Below are positions 1 through 12,185 of a stretch of 64,000 nucleotides of DNA, in pieces. How positions within the stretch are numbered: position 1 is the first letter of the stretch; every line of letters begins with the position of its first letter. Below the pieces are notes generated by a model that was given only the letters and a program-made list of their open reading frames with translations, did no database searches and was not told where the DNA came from. The position numbers and the translations under genes are program-made. This DNA is from Octopus sinensis (taxonomy: Eukaryota): NCBI RefSeq assembly GCF_006345805.1, contig NC_042999.1, positions 141,670,001 through 141,734,000 on the forward strand, written 5' to 3'.

Positions 1-1796
1 TAATAAAATCATATTTCCGTGTGTACACATGTATCTGAACAGGGCGTTGGTCTCGAGTTGTTTATAGTTCATGACTGACCTGTCTAGCTGCCATATGAGC
101 ACGCGAACTAAATTTTATATAGTTGATCAAGATGCATTCACTGACTCATTGTAATAAGTCTTCATGTGTAATTTACCCGAGGTTGACACATACATGCACC
201 TGCTATAAAGTGATAGAATCTCCCTCTCCTTAAAAAGCTGGGATTATTTCCTACTTGAGACAGTTGGGCGATTATGCAAATTTTATTAACTGATGTCATT
301 ACCTTGTTTAGTTCAGATATTTCGCATGATACACTTTTTTAAAACTTACATTTGATATTTTTAAATGATGCCTGTATTCTTTAATTTCTATAACCACAAG
401 TTCTTAAAAGCATGTCCCAACAGTCAATATGGCATAGAAATTTTTTTAAATGTTTCGATATTATGTAAACCTGTTGGCAGTTTAGTGGGAAATAATGTTG
501 TGTAATTATTATGGTGTCATTTCTCCTGGTTTAATGACTGTAGGATGTGCAGGGTAGTTAGTAATGAAACTACCACCCCGCCACTACAATCATCAATCTG
601 CTGCTGTGTTTTCGTCGATTTTTATTAAATTACAAAGCAGCATCTTGTGCTGACTTTATCTCTACTGTCTGTACCCCAACATCCCGTTCTCGTTTCATGC
701 TTTTATTTATTGTTTTCTTCAAGTAATGTAGCCGCACCCCGGTTTCTTAATCGAGTAGTGTATGTGCTTTTAAATTCAATGGTTACGTTCACAGCTGGTT
801 GCTGTGACTGAATTTGGACCGATTGTGTATGTTAAATTTGAACTATATTTGACCTCGGATCTCCGACTTAACTAACTTTTCTCTTAAACGATGTTTATTC
901 TCACCAATGAAGTTAATGAAAATAATCTTTCATGCACGCCAGGATCTTTTATGCTTCATTGATTTGCCTCTGGTATGCAAATAACTTAAATGATTGTACG
1001 TTCTCTCACTTTGCTTGCTTCAACTGTAGTTGAAGGGATAAATTATATTTAGGAAGGACAAATTATTATATACGATTAACCGTCGTATTTTCGAAGCCTA
1101 GCAGTTACTACCAAAGAAAAAAAAAACCTTGTTTTCATCTGCCTTCTCCCAGTTACCCCCTCCCCCAATAAATTCTTTCTGCTGATACTATATGTAAATT
1201 GGTGAGTGGGAAGGATGGCTCTATCATTTATGTTGCCTATAGTTATTAGTTGGAGTTTAACTTAAACTGCTTTATTTATCCGCCTCTTTCTCCCTAGTCT
1301 CCTTGCTCGAAATAAACAATCAAATATTGGCAAAGATTGAGGGCATAGTCAATATATCTATTCCCATCCCTGCTATATTGCGCGCGTGCGCGTATTCGTT
1401 CAAAGCCGATGATTCACTCTGTCGCTAATCAGAGTTTCTCGTTATGACGAGCTTTCAAGTAACGAACTACTCGTACTCCCTTTTGTACATTTAAATGTGT
1501 GTGGTATATCGTTTTTCGACTATTCAGAAATGTTATTTAAATTACTGAAGTCTTTCTCTCATAACTGTTAGAGGAAATGCTTTGGATAGATTAAATATTT
1601 GAAATAAAGGGTACAATACTGATATTTTGTAAAGGTGCAAGGTATTCATATTTATAAGATATGAGAATTGAGATGTGAGAGCAAATTATTCATTGCCCAA
1701 AAGCGTTCGAGTCGTAAGTAAAGGTGAATAGCCAGGTTGCCGGGTAGAAAACGTGGGATTGAACAGATGAATTGTTCTCGTAAATTGTGTGTGTGC

Positions 1797-1797
<1 letters not shown>

Positions 1798-1846
<49 letters not shown>
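1798..1846. repeat. (TA)n microsatellite flanked by short GT/CA runs
   Basis: Direct reading; produces the YIYI/IYIY ORFs. Confidence 0.97.
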
Positions 1847-1853
<7 letters not shown>

Positions 1854-1917
1854 CACATGGTATGTAAGGGTGAGGCAGAAATGGAGAGCTGAATTGAATA
1901 CCGTATAGTATTTTATT

Positions 1918-2030
1918 TTGTTCAAAGTTCTGATGCTTGCGACTAACAATCATCCTTCTATCATCAATAGGCGATCTTAAGATCGCCCATCAATAAAATA
2001 GATACCAGTCCTGGCCTTGGGTCGATCCAG
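1918..2030 (+). mobile_element. Decayed SINE fragment, same family as 63528-63735
   Basis: TTCAAA..CATCCTT..ATAAAATAGATACCAGT..TGGGTCGAT aligns by eye with TTCAAATTCC..CATCCTTTCGGGGTCGATAAATGAAGTACCAGT at 63.6 kb. Confidence 0.5.
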
Positions 2031-5000
2031 TCCCTTTAAGATCTGACTTTATATCTCAGTGCTAAGCTTATATGAGAAATATTTTGAATGGTTGTTTGTC
2101 TGTAACTACCTGTTTACTAATTACCTCTACTTCATAATCAGCTGGTGGGGCAATGTCATGGGGATTTCTGATTTTTAAATTGTTTGTTTTTGCTGGCAGT
2201 TTGAAGTGATAAGAAACATTTCATTTTGCTCCTACTTTTTAAATTGAATATTTGCTCTATAATATGACTGTCGAGGAGCAGTTGAGTGTACAGGTGTTTT
2301 TCCCATCTTAAATTACTATAACGGCAGGTGCGCTTATATCTGCCGTTGCTTTGGTCTCTGTTGTCTATGTAGTTCGTGTGTGTATGTGCGCGCGCGCGCG
2401 TACACACTGTAGTACATTCGCACTGCACACATATTTTCGCTCTGATTTATACACGCATAAACATGTTCCCGCATTCATACATAAATATGTATATTGTACA
2501 CACTCATTTTGTTAGCTGTTAGGGGTCATGTATCAAACGAGTAGTGTTGGTGATAGTAGTAGTGGGAATTCGGTTTTCACTAGCTGCTTAGTTTTGTTAG
2601 TTACACAACACTTTCTATAGAAACACATTTTAATGACAATCTTTACTTGTATTTTATTTTATTCTATAAATTGATCAGCATTTCATTTTTTTTAGTTTAT
2701 ATCTAGTTTTCTGACAGGGAACTCATTAAAAACCTTTTTATTCCGCTTAGTTTTATCTAACTTCTATACACGCCCTTGGCAACAACTTTTAAAATGCTTT
2801 ACCGTTAATACTTCTCTCTCCTCTATAATTGCCTTGAACAAAATCGCATACTATATGTATATTTATATGAAAGATATGTATATATATATATGAGAGAAAG
2901 AGAGAAGCAGAAACTCCACCCATGGTAGGATCACATTGGTGTGGAATGCAATTAAGCGAAAGAAAATACTCAACGTTATTTGTTAGTGTAGGATGTTTAT
3001 TCAAAGCTGAGTCATTACTCGGAGTTTCTCGTTCACGGTGTGAGATAAGTGACTTAGGTCAAAACGAGTATAGATTTCTCTCAGGTTACAATTATAATTC
3101 ACTGCCATCCCCAAATAACTTTATTATTTGCTGGCACTATATATTAGCAGCAGTACGGGGAAACGATTTTTAAGGATTAAATCTATCCTTATATTTGTTT
3201 TATTGCTTTTTCTCATTTTTCTGTTGATCTGAGTAGGTCTGCCTTCAAAATATTTAATAAGAGAGACAGGATTTTGTTTAATAATGACATATTTATCTAA
3301 TGTTTAGAATGCTATAGAATGTCAGCTCTCGGCATGCTAAGCCCAGCCGTGAACCGGTTTCGATTTCCGGTTATGGCCATTTCGTCTTATTTTGTATCAT
3401 GAATATCCTAAATGCTACACATATTGTGTCCGTTTTCCCCTCTTAAAAAATACCAAAGCTCTGTGTCGTATAAAAATTCTATATTCCGGGTACTGTTTAA
3501 TCCCCACCCTATAAGCTGTATAATAGTGTAGCTTCTACTCCTTAAAAAAATTGTTCTGTTCATATACCATTTAAATACAAACTAAATTCTTTTCCCCCGA
3601 ACGAGTATGTTACTACATACACACTATTACACGGTAATGTTTAATATATGTCTACATTTACATTACATTCTGTTTGCGTGTACGTTGAGTTCATGAACTT
3701 CAACTTTCCTACTCATTATTTTGACTTTTTTAATAGCCATCCTCTCTAATTCGACCGGGTATTGAAGACGGTCGCCAATACTTAACAACTTCCAGTGATT
3801 TTTCTACGTTTATCACATTATGACAATGTTCTTTCAATCTGGATATAAATATTATATTAGATCTTAACAGCTCGATTATTATGTGCATATATTCATATGA
3901 ACAGATGCTGTTAATATTCGCACGCGTTCAATGTTTGGATTTGTGCCAATATTTAGTAAAAATTTTAGTATATTTTTGTCTACAGCTATAATATATCATT
4001 GTGTTATCGTTATTTTTAGATATTTCATCACATTATATGTGCAATATTACTCAAAATAATAGTCCTTATGGTTGAGTTTTCATGAACAGTAGCAAGGAAA
4101 TTGTCATGGATTCTCCCCCTCCCTCTGTACACATTTTACTTTGCTCGAGGAGAGGGAAATGGTTGTCGTTATAAAATACTGCTTGTTGGTTGACTTTGTA
4201 TATATTTTTAACGGATTTCGTGAACTGAGTTCAAACAGTGTGGTATATTTCAAACCTTAGTTTCTTTACACCTCCCAGCTATTTGTTCTCTTTTATCATC
4301 TTTTATCACACATGCTTACTCCCCCGCCCTGTTACACTCTAATAATACTGTTCTGAACTTTTTTTCACTATTGGGATGTCCTAGTTTTGATTTCCTCTTT
4401 TTCTTTATTCCAGTATGATATCCTTTAAAATATTTCTTTCGTTCTTCCTGTACATGTTGCGTCATCTGAAGTCCTTCCTTTTGTTTTCTTTACATGTCTC
4501 AAGTCGACCAATATTTGCACGTGTTGTGGAATATGTTCACAACTATTATATCATCTAAATAACCTTCTTTCTCAATTACATTGTTAACCCAACGACCGCC
4601 TGCTTCTTGGCACTTGGCGTTTGAATTAGTATCTCTTTCATCCATGTTCTTTGTTTTTAAACATTATATATGTGTATGCATGTTAGACGTCTTCCTGTCA
4701 GCTTGCTAATTTTTTTCACTATTTTCCTTGAGATATTGGAATATGAAAGTTAAACTGAATAAAACATTGGAATTTCCTTCTTGTGGCATAGCAACATTGC
4801 CTGTCAAGTATATATAATTAGATACTCTTTCAGATAAAAGTGGGCTTGAACTCGTGAAACCATTCATTAATTTATAGAATCCATCAAGGTTTTTTTTTTT
4901 AAGAGCTACAAACAAACATAACTTTAAAATGAAGACTAAAGTATTTTACATCCTATATCAGCTTATATAAACAATGTTTGGTCTGACAAAAAACAAAAAA

Positions 5001-6110
5001 TATCTTCACTCTCCTTTAATGTGTGAAATTTTTTAAAGTTGTCTGTACATTCTTCTTCATTGCTATATTTTTTTTCTCTAAAAACCATTCTTTATTACAT
5101 GCATTTAAGAAATATTTTATATTTATGTTCCAAGACAGTTTTTCAAATCGCATGCTTTTGAAATTTTCTACCTTATCTTTCTCATATCTTAAATAATTTT
5201 TCTATAAACTCCAACTCAGACAAGAATTCTATTGAGATTTCCTCTAAGACAGTTAAATTTTTCTTCACAATTCAACCTTGCAATTACTACAATTGTGTGA
5301 GCATCCTGGATTTGCTGTATGCTAACAGGAAATAGCATTTGTGATCTTCTTTCAGTCGGAATCATTTTCACTTCACTTTTTTCTCCTAATTAATATACAT
5401 TTGGGGAAAAAACATGAAGATTCTGTTCTAGAAGTCTTTGACTTCAGTCAGCTACATAGGAAAAACAGTGCAGAACTACTCCAGTGAATTCTCCAAGTGA
5501 CCTAATGGACAATGTCATGCAATAGATAAGTTATATCTGTAAATGGCTATTTTAGAAGAGACTTCTTATAATTAGAAAGTGATGTTTGACCATGCTTAAG
5601 AACTGAAACCCTAAATAATCTCTTAATTGCATACTTAGAAATTGGCTGCAGCTAAGCCATTTTCATGTTTGCTTCCACATTGCTTTAAAGCATCAACATA
5701 TCTTAGAATATTTCCTTTTCTGTTATTTCACTAACTATATATGAATGGTCAGAAATCTTAAATGTAATAGTTATATTTAAAGTATTTCATTACTTGCACC
5801 TTTGATTATCTATTCTGTTCTAATTTATAATTAACCTTCAAACTCTTTCAAACCACATTTCAATTACTGTCTGTATCAAGTTACAGCAAATGACAAAAAA
5901 AATCTATTTATTTATAATTTTGATTTTTAATTCTCTCAATTTTGAGCTTGTTAAAAAGTTAATTTTAACAAACTTCTCTTTAATCGTTACTGATATTTTC
6001 ATGTATACTGATTCAGTTGAGTCTTTTTAGGTTTCTTTAACCGAAGGATCTGTATGTTTGCTATTGTGTAGTATTTAGGACTATTTCTCCTTCATAGTCT
6101 TTATAAGGAA

Positions 6111-6232
6111 CAGGTGTGGCTGTGTAGTAAGAAGTTAGCTTTCCAATCTCATGGTTTCAGGTTTTACTATATCCTTGCATCAACCAAAGCCTTGTGAATG
6201 GGTTTAAGAGACAGAAACTGAAAGAAGCTCAT
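6111..6232 (+). mobile_element. tRNA-derived SINE head (octopus OK/OR-like), internally deleted
   Basis: GGTGTGGCTGTGTAGTAAGAAG...ACCAAAGCCTTGTGA...GAAACTGAAAGAAGC shared with the copies at 8.7, 9.2, 11.4, 12.1, 19.3 and 63.0 kb. Confidence 0.8.
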
Positions 6233-6647
6233 CAGTTGCATCAAGAGGTGCCATTCTCTAATTGTAAAGGGAACATGTGGAAGGGGTAGACCCAGGGAGA
6301 TGTGAGATGGAGTGGTGAAAAAGGATCTACAGGACTGAGACTCCTGACAGTTTGCTTTGCTTGAAAAGACACATCAAGCTAAGTAAAAAGCATGGTTGCT
6401 CCTGCACACAGACTTGTCCCTTGCAACCCTCTCCTGCTGAGCATCCCTAATCTTGCAGGCTCATAGGTGTTGGTGCTGTGCAAAAGCACCCAGTATACTC
6501 TGTAAAGTGGAGTTAGGAAGGGCACCCAGCTGAAGAAACCATGCCCAAACAGACATGGAGCCTGAACAGCCCTTCAGCTGGTCAGCTCCTGTCAAACTAT
6601 CCAACCCATGCCAGCATGGAAAATGGATGTTAAATGATGGTGATGAT
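6233..6647 (+). mobile_element. RTE-clade LINE 3' end
   Basis: Translates GTCGRGRPREM*DGVVKKDLQ (the RTE ORF2 C-terminal GRPRxxW..V..DL motif) and ends in CCAACCCATGCCAGCATGG...GATGTTAAATGATG(ATG)n, a tail repeated many times in the window. Confidence 0.7.
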
Positions 6648-8667
6648 AGTTGTGTGTGAGAGAGTTCTAAATTATCTAAATAGTCAATTGCATAGGGTTA
6701 CCTTTGACAGTTGTTAGGGATGGTTTGGCCAATTAATTGGACAAGGTTGACACAAAACACATTTCAAATTCTTTGATGCAGACATGCTTTGTGCTTTGAA
6801 CAAGGTAAATTACTGAGCCACATGTTATGTGCACATGTAAGAAATTATTACTTTCATTAGCACTAGAACTAATAGTGATAATGGTTCAAATTCTACAAAA
6901 TTTAATCTGTTTAGAATCAACAGCAATACACTGGAATTAATTCAGTAGATTACAAAATTGGTCTTATGACTATTCCAAACAGGACATAGTTGTATTGGTG
7001 GTGGTGGTGGTGGTCGTCGTTGTAGTGATTGCTGTGGTAGACGTAATGGTGTGATGATGGTGATATCTTTAAAATCTTGATGCTAGAGATTGTCTCTGAT
7101 AATTGAACCATCTGACATTCCTATTTGGAATGTGTGAAAAAAGTGATACCAGAGTCACTGCTGGCCAAATTGTATCCATAAATAAATAGAACTAAGCAAT
7201 CTAGATCAGCATTTCTCAAAACAGATTCCATGAAACTTTTTTGGGTTCTGTGAGATAAGATTTCTTTCAATGCAAATTTATTTTATAAAAATTGTATTCA
7301 CCATTTTAAAAATAGGTTATGCTCTGTTTTTATTTTTTTAATGAATAAATTATCTCCAGCCCATGCCAGCATGGAAAGTGGATGTTAAATGATGAAGATG
7401 ATGATGATTTATTGGATGCCTTTTTAAAATTAGGCAGTTGGTGGTTACCTTAAAATAGAGATATGGAATTAAGCTAAACATTAGAATTTAAGGTTCACAA
7501 CAAGCATACTTTTTAGTTGAATATATTGATCAGTTCTGAAAATTTTGTTTATTTACAAAATGAATCTGCTCCAGCAAAATTGAAAACTATCTAAATACAT
7601 CATTTTTTTATTCTAACTTTGTTGTAGAATGTTAGGAAATCTTAAATAGTTCTCTGAACTGAAGCTTCAGTAATCAATCCAGTTAAGTTGTTACCTCTAC
7701 AGGCTTTTACATCACTCAATATTTTTGTAGAGTCAGTCTTATATGTTAGGGACATAAACTAGGACTTCCAGACATTTCTGTCTGTATACCTATTTATTTC
7801 ATTCCTTGGGTTCTTACCAGTAAATGTATGGTAGCCTTTTTTATTGTTGTAATTTGTTTGTAGTGAAGTACTCTCTCTCTCTCTTCTTGACACTAATGTT
7901 CCTTTACCAGAGAAACAGTGGAACACAAGAATACAGTGGATGTAGTTGCAACGTTTCCACTTTAGAAAATTAGTACCCTAACTTCAGATTTTGTTTCTGA
8001 ACAGTTGTTTTGAATCTTTGAGTTGATCTATGATGTTGTAGTGATGAGTAATTAGACACATCTATGACCTACAGGTTTTAACAAGAACAGTTCAGATTGA
8101 ACATCACTTATTGTTCTAGGTATAGCCTTTCCCATTTTCATTGTGGTTGATAAAATTAGTACTTGTAATCTGCTGCAGCAAGTCATTTGACTTAGCATCA
8201 TCCTGTGGAAAAAATTGCATTGTGCCTAGTGAAAATAATTTTTAGGACAGAAATTTAGATGAATCAAACGAGGTACTAACTTGTCTTGTATTTATCTGTC
8301 GTTCTTCTGATTTCTTTAATAACAGTGTCAGTAAAAATTATAAAGTCATCAGCCTGAACATCATGCTGAAAACTTGAAATCATTTTACAGTGGCCTGTTT
8401 TCACTGATTCTTAGATTCCTGTGAGGAATTCCAAAAGGTTACTGATTTAAGGAAGACATAAATGTCAACAATTTTTAATATTCTAAAGGATCATGGCTAT
8501 GTTACAATTTAGTAAGATGTAAATATTGGCTGATAAAATATATCATTAATAAATACAAGAATTATGGGTGAGCTACTAAGTTTCATACTCAAACATGAAA
8601 CTTGAAGTAGGTCACCCATAACTTTTGTATTTGAGATATTTCATTCTGGTTGAATTGTGTAAAAGTC

Positions 8668-8698
<31 letters not shown>

Positions 8699-8699
<1 letters not shown>

Positions 8700-8918
8700 G
8701 TACAGGAGTGGCTGTGTAGTAGAAGCTTGCTTCCCAGCCACATGGTTCCAGGTTCAGTCCCATTGCATGGCACCTTGAGCAAGAGTCATCTATAGCCTCG
8801 GGCCAACCAAAGTCTTGTGAGTGAATTTGGTAGACAGAAACTGAAAGAAGCCCGTCGTCCTGGGGTCAACTAAAGGTGGTGCTCTAGCATGGCTGCAATC
8901 AAATGACTGAAACAAGTA
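8699..8918 (+). mobile_element. tRNA-derived SINE, head plus tail with internal deletion
   Basis: Head 8699-8858 and tail ...GGTGGTGCTCTAGCATGGCTGCAATCAAATGACTGAAACAAG; reverse-complementary to the adjacent copy. Confidence 0.9.
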
Positions 8919-8922
8919 TATA

Positions 8923-9300
8923 TACTCTTTCACTCTTTTGTTTCAGTCATTTGACTGTAGCCATGCTGGAGCACTGCCTTTAGTCAAACAAATCGACCCC
9001 AGGACTTATTCTTTGTAAGTCTAGTACTTATTCTATTGGTACCTTTTGCCAAACCGCTAAGTTATGGGTATGTAAACACACCAACATCAGTTGTCAAGTG
9101 ATGGTGGTGGACACACACATAAACACACATATATATACGGCAGGCTTCTTTCAGTTTCTGTCTACCAAATCCACTCACAAGGCTTTGGTCTGCCTGAGGC
9201 TATAGTAGAAGATCCCTGCCCAAGGTGTCATGCAGTGGGACTGAATCCGGAACCATATGGTTGGTAAGCAAGCTACTTACCATGCAGCCATTCCTGTGCC
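8923..9300 (-). mobile_element. Near full-length tRNA-derived SINE with central (CA/TA) tract
   Basis: Same architecture as 11770-12185 and, on +, 62990-63355. Confidence 0.9.
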
Positions 9301-9310
9301 TATATATATA

Positions 9311-9600
9311 TCTTTCATGTTTTGTTTTAGCCTTGCTGGGACACTACCTTGAAGGCTTAATTGAACAAATAAACTCTAGTACTTATTTTTAAGCCTGGTA
9401 CTTATTCTATCAGTGTCCTTTTTGCCAGACTGCTAAGTTATGGAGGCACAAATAAACCACCACCAGTTGACAAGTGGTGAACACACAAACACACAATGAG
9501 CTTCTTTCTGTTTCCATATTTCAAACCCACTCATAAGGCTTTGATTTTCCCTGGGTTAAAGTGGAAGACACTTTTCCAAGGTGTCCAGAGAACTCAGTAT
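9311..9600 (-). mobile_element. Older, more diverged copy of the same SINE
   Basis: CTAGTACTTATT..CTGCTAAGTTA..CCAGTTGACAAG..GCTTCTTTC..CCACTCATAAGGCTTTG..CCAAGGTG. Confidence 0.7.
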
Positions 9601-10259
9601 GTTTTATAGCATAAAGATTTATCATGGTTTAGAAGTATGCTTAGAGGTTGATATACTTTCTGCTCTGTCAAACTTATGTAGTAAATCTTACTGGCCCCTT
9701 GACCTTGAATCCTTTGAGCCTCTTCATCAACCTTTTGCTCCCTCTTTCACTTCAGTCCATTACTAAGTCTGTGCATAAGAGAGCATATTGGACCATTTTC
9801 ATAGTTCTCTTATTCTCTCTAGTGCATCTCCTTCATTCTCTTTCCTTGTCTCTATCACCAGTCATTCTCCCCTACTCAAAGCCACTTTATTACCATCTCT
9901 CCCTTTTTATCTGATCCCATCACGTGCTCTTACCTTTGTCCACCTTTGCTGTTAAGTCACTCCTTACCTGACTCCACCCCAAATAACTTTGTTGCTTACA
10001 TCATACTGTTACTCCTTTCTTCCTGGTCTTTCTGATGTCATTGCTCTTCTAATCTCTTAGTCACCTGAGCAAATGTACACACCCTTGGTTATTAAGTACT
10101 CTTGGCCTTTACTTTTCTCATCCACTTTTGGCTTTGTTGCATGTCTCAGCTCTCTGAATATTCTCTACAATGTTCTATGTACAAGGCACACTTTGGTGTC
10201 ACAATTGAAACTGACAACTCCTCCCTCATGTGATGGGTGAATCTCTTTAGTTTTGGTAT

Positions 10260-10545
10260 TACAAAATGTGCTCAGCATAGACTGTGAAGTGGTTGGCAAA
10301 AGAGCAGAGAATGTGAAGGGTTCTGAGGTCCCTATATACAACCTTTCTAGTGTTTGGTGTTATGAGAAACATACCCAGTACTCTGTAAAGTGGTTGGCAG
10401 TAAAAAAGGCCTCTACCCATAGAAACGAAACTGATATATGTGAACATGAGTAACAGATTTCGATAAGAAACATCTTTGATTGTAACAAGTTGTTCAACCC
10501 ATGCCAGCATGGAAATCAGATGAAAAATTATGATTGTAATGATAT
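10260..10545 (+). mobile_element. RTE-tail-type repeat fragments
   Basis: ACCCAGTACTCTGTAAAGTGG..AACCCATGCCAGCATGGAAA, matching 6490-6640. Confidence 0.65.
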
Positions 10546-10740
10546 ATGGTCATCTTATCTTTTTAAGACACAGGTGATGTGGCTGTTTCTATCAGTTTGA
10601 GTAACTATGTAGAAGTTTTATTATTGGCATATCTATTGTATTTGTTTTCAGCAGCTTGTTTAGATATAGATTGGTTAGATGACTTGTTAACTTCTGTCTC
10701 TAGTAATTTTTCTCATGTCATTTTTTAGATAGCATCTTAA

Positions 10741-10810
<70 letters not shown>

Positions 10811-11344
10811 GTGTGTGTGTCTGTCTGTCTGTCTTATTTCATAATCAGTTGTATGGGTTGATTGCATAGTACCCTCTATGCTATGCACACGTGAAGCAGC
10901 TTATCTATGCATATGGTGCAGTCTTCTTGATCACAGTCAATGATAACACCCTAATGGAGTATTTTTGTTATCTTAGTATTAACTTTGCAGTGGATAATAA
11001 GTGTGTGATATTTTAAAGCTTTCTGTGTGCATGATAGTCATACACAAGTCCTATACGGCATGTCTTAATTTATCTCAACAAAGTATTTGAAGTATTTAAT
11101 CGCTGAGAATGCTTTATTGCTAATTACAAATTAATAAGAGCTATGACCAATGTCTATGTGAATTTAAATAAGAAGAATGAATCTCTAATGCAGCAATAAA
11201 AAGAAAAAAAATATACTATTATTACCTTCCTGTGTCTTCATCTGTATTGAATTTAGCCAGTGTTGAGTTGATATAAGGTAAGCCAAAGAATGTGGGTTGA
11301 TATAAAGTAAGCCAAACAAAACAAAAAAGTGGAGATGTATGCGT

Positions 11345-11465
11345 GCAGGCATGGCTGTGTACTTAAGAAATTTACTTCCCAGCTGCATGGTACCTACTAC
11401 AGACCCAGGCTGACCAAAGCTTTGTGAGTGGATTTGGTTGATGGAAACTGAAAGAAGCCCATTGT
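11345..11465 (+). mobile_element. tRNA-derived SINE head, partial
   Basis: CAGGCATGGCTGTGT..GACCAAAGCTTTGTGAGTGGATTTGG..GGAAACTGAAAGAAGCCCATTG followed by (GT)n. Confidence 0.8.
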
Positions 11466-11769
11466 GTGTGTGTGTGTGTGTGTGTGTTTTACTGTCTCCT
11501 TTCTTTGACTTTGCATGATAGGGCATCAAGCTGTAGAAAGTCTGTCTTAGCAAATTCCATTCAACCTATGCAGTCATGAAAAAGTGGATGTTAAAATGAT
11601 GCACATATGTGTGTGTTGAGACAGACCAACAATAGTTGCATGTACAGTTTACATGATGTAATCAAGTTTTGTCTTTACAGCTGTTTCAGATAATCAATAA
11701 CTAGTTGATTTTCAAAATACATATTTAGCAAAGGTGGCTGATATTGAGGCAAACTCTGTGTGTGTGTGT

Positions 11770-12185
11770 ATTCTTTTGTTTCAATCATTTGACTGTAGCC
11801 AGGCTGGAGCACTGCCCTAAAGGGTTTTAGTTGAAGAAATCGACCCCAGGACTAATACTTTGTAAACCTAGTACTTATTCTATTGGTCTTTTTTGCTGAA
11901 CCGCTAAGTCACAAGGATGTAAACACTCCAACATCGGTTGTCAAGCAATGATGGGGCAACAAACGCAGACACACACACATATACATAGCATGGAAAGCAG
12001 GCGTTAAATGATGATGATGATATACATATATATATATATATACAATGGGCTTCTTTCGATTTCCATCTACCAAATCCACTCACAAGGCTTTAGTCCACCT
12101 GAGACTATAGTAAAAGACACTTGCTCAAGGTACCACACAGTAGGACTGAACCCGGAACCATGTGGTTGGGAGGCAGTTTTCTTTA
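11770..12185 (-). mobile_element. Near full-length tRNA-derived SINE
   Basis: Collinear with 8923-9300. Confidence 0.85.

Larger units (their letters stand above)
1..4800. promoter_or_regulatory. CpG-retaining (probably unmethylated) 5'/promoter-proximal domain
   Basis: CpG is frequent by eye in 1-4.7 kb (e.g. 1379-1500 GCGCGCGTGCGCGTATTCG..., 2386-2401) and rare afterwards. The promoter role is inferred from invertebrate gene-body methylation; no TSS can be placed. Confidence 0.5.

Noticed and set aside
1153-1201. Possible 49-nt non-coding exon (CCTTCTCCCAG|...TTG|GTGAGT)
   Set aside because: The splice signals are decent, but there is no independent support and such pairs arise by chance in 64 kb; it needs RNA data.
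1652-2428. ORFs with YIYI/IYIY and HTHT runs
   Set aside because: Translations of (TA)n/(CA)n microsatellites. The same applies to the ERER/SLSL/CVCV ORFs at 24.9-25.2, 27.6-27.9 and 54.4-54.7 kb.
142-3014. AP-1-like TGA(C/G)TCA at 142 and 3008 and other short factor motifs
   Set aside because: 7-mers are expected by chance; no function can be inferred from sequence alone.
2922-3173. 83-aa ORF in the CpG-rich region
   Set aside because: No recognisable motif or convincing splice/start context.
6031-6051. 21-nt micro-exon candidate (VSLTEGS)
   Set aside because: Short polypyrimidine tract and weak exon-side donor context.
6782-6804. 23-nt exon candidate with ATG (MLCALNK)
   Set aside because: Poor acceptor tract and no support.
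7201-7260. hAT/Charlie-like terminus (TAGATCAGCATTTCTCAAA)
   Set aside because: No matching second end or TSD was found.
11267-11316. Two 21-bp direct repeats with a 29-bp period
   Set aside because: A simple local duplication; two units only, not a CRISPR or other array.
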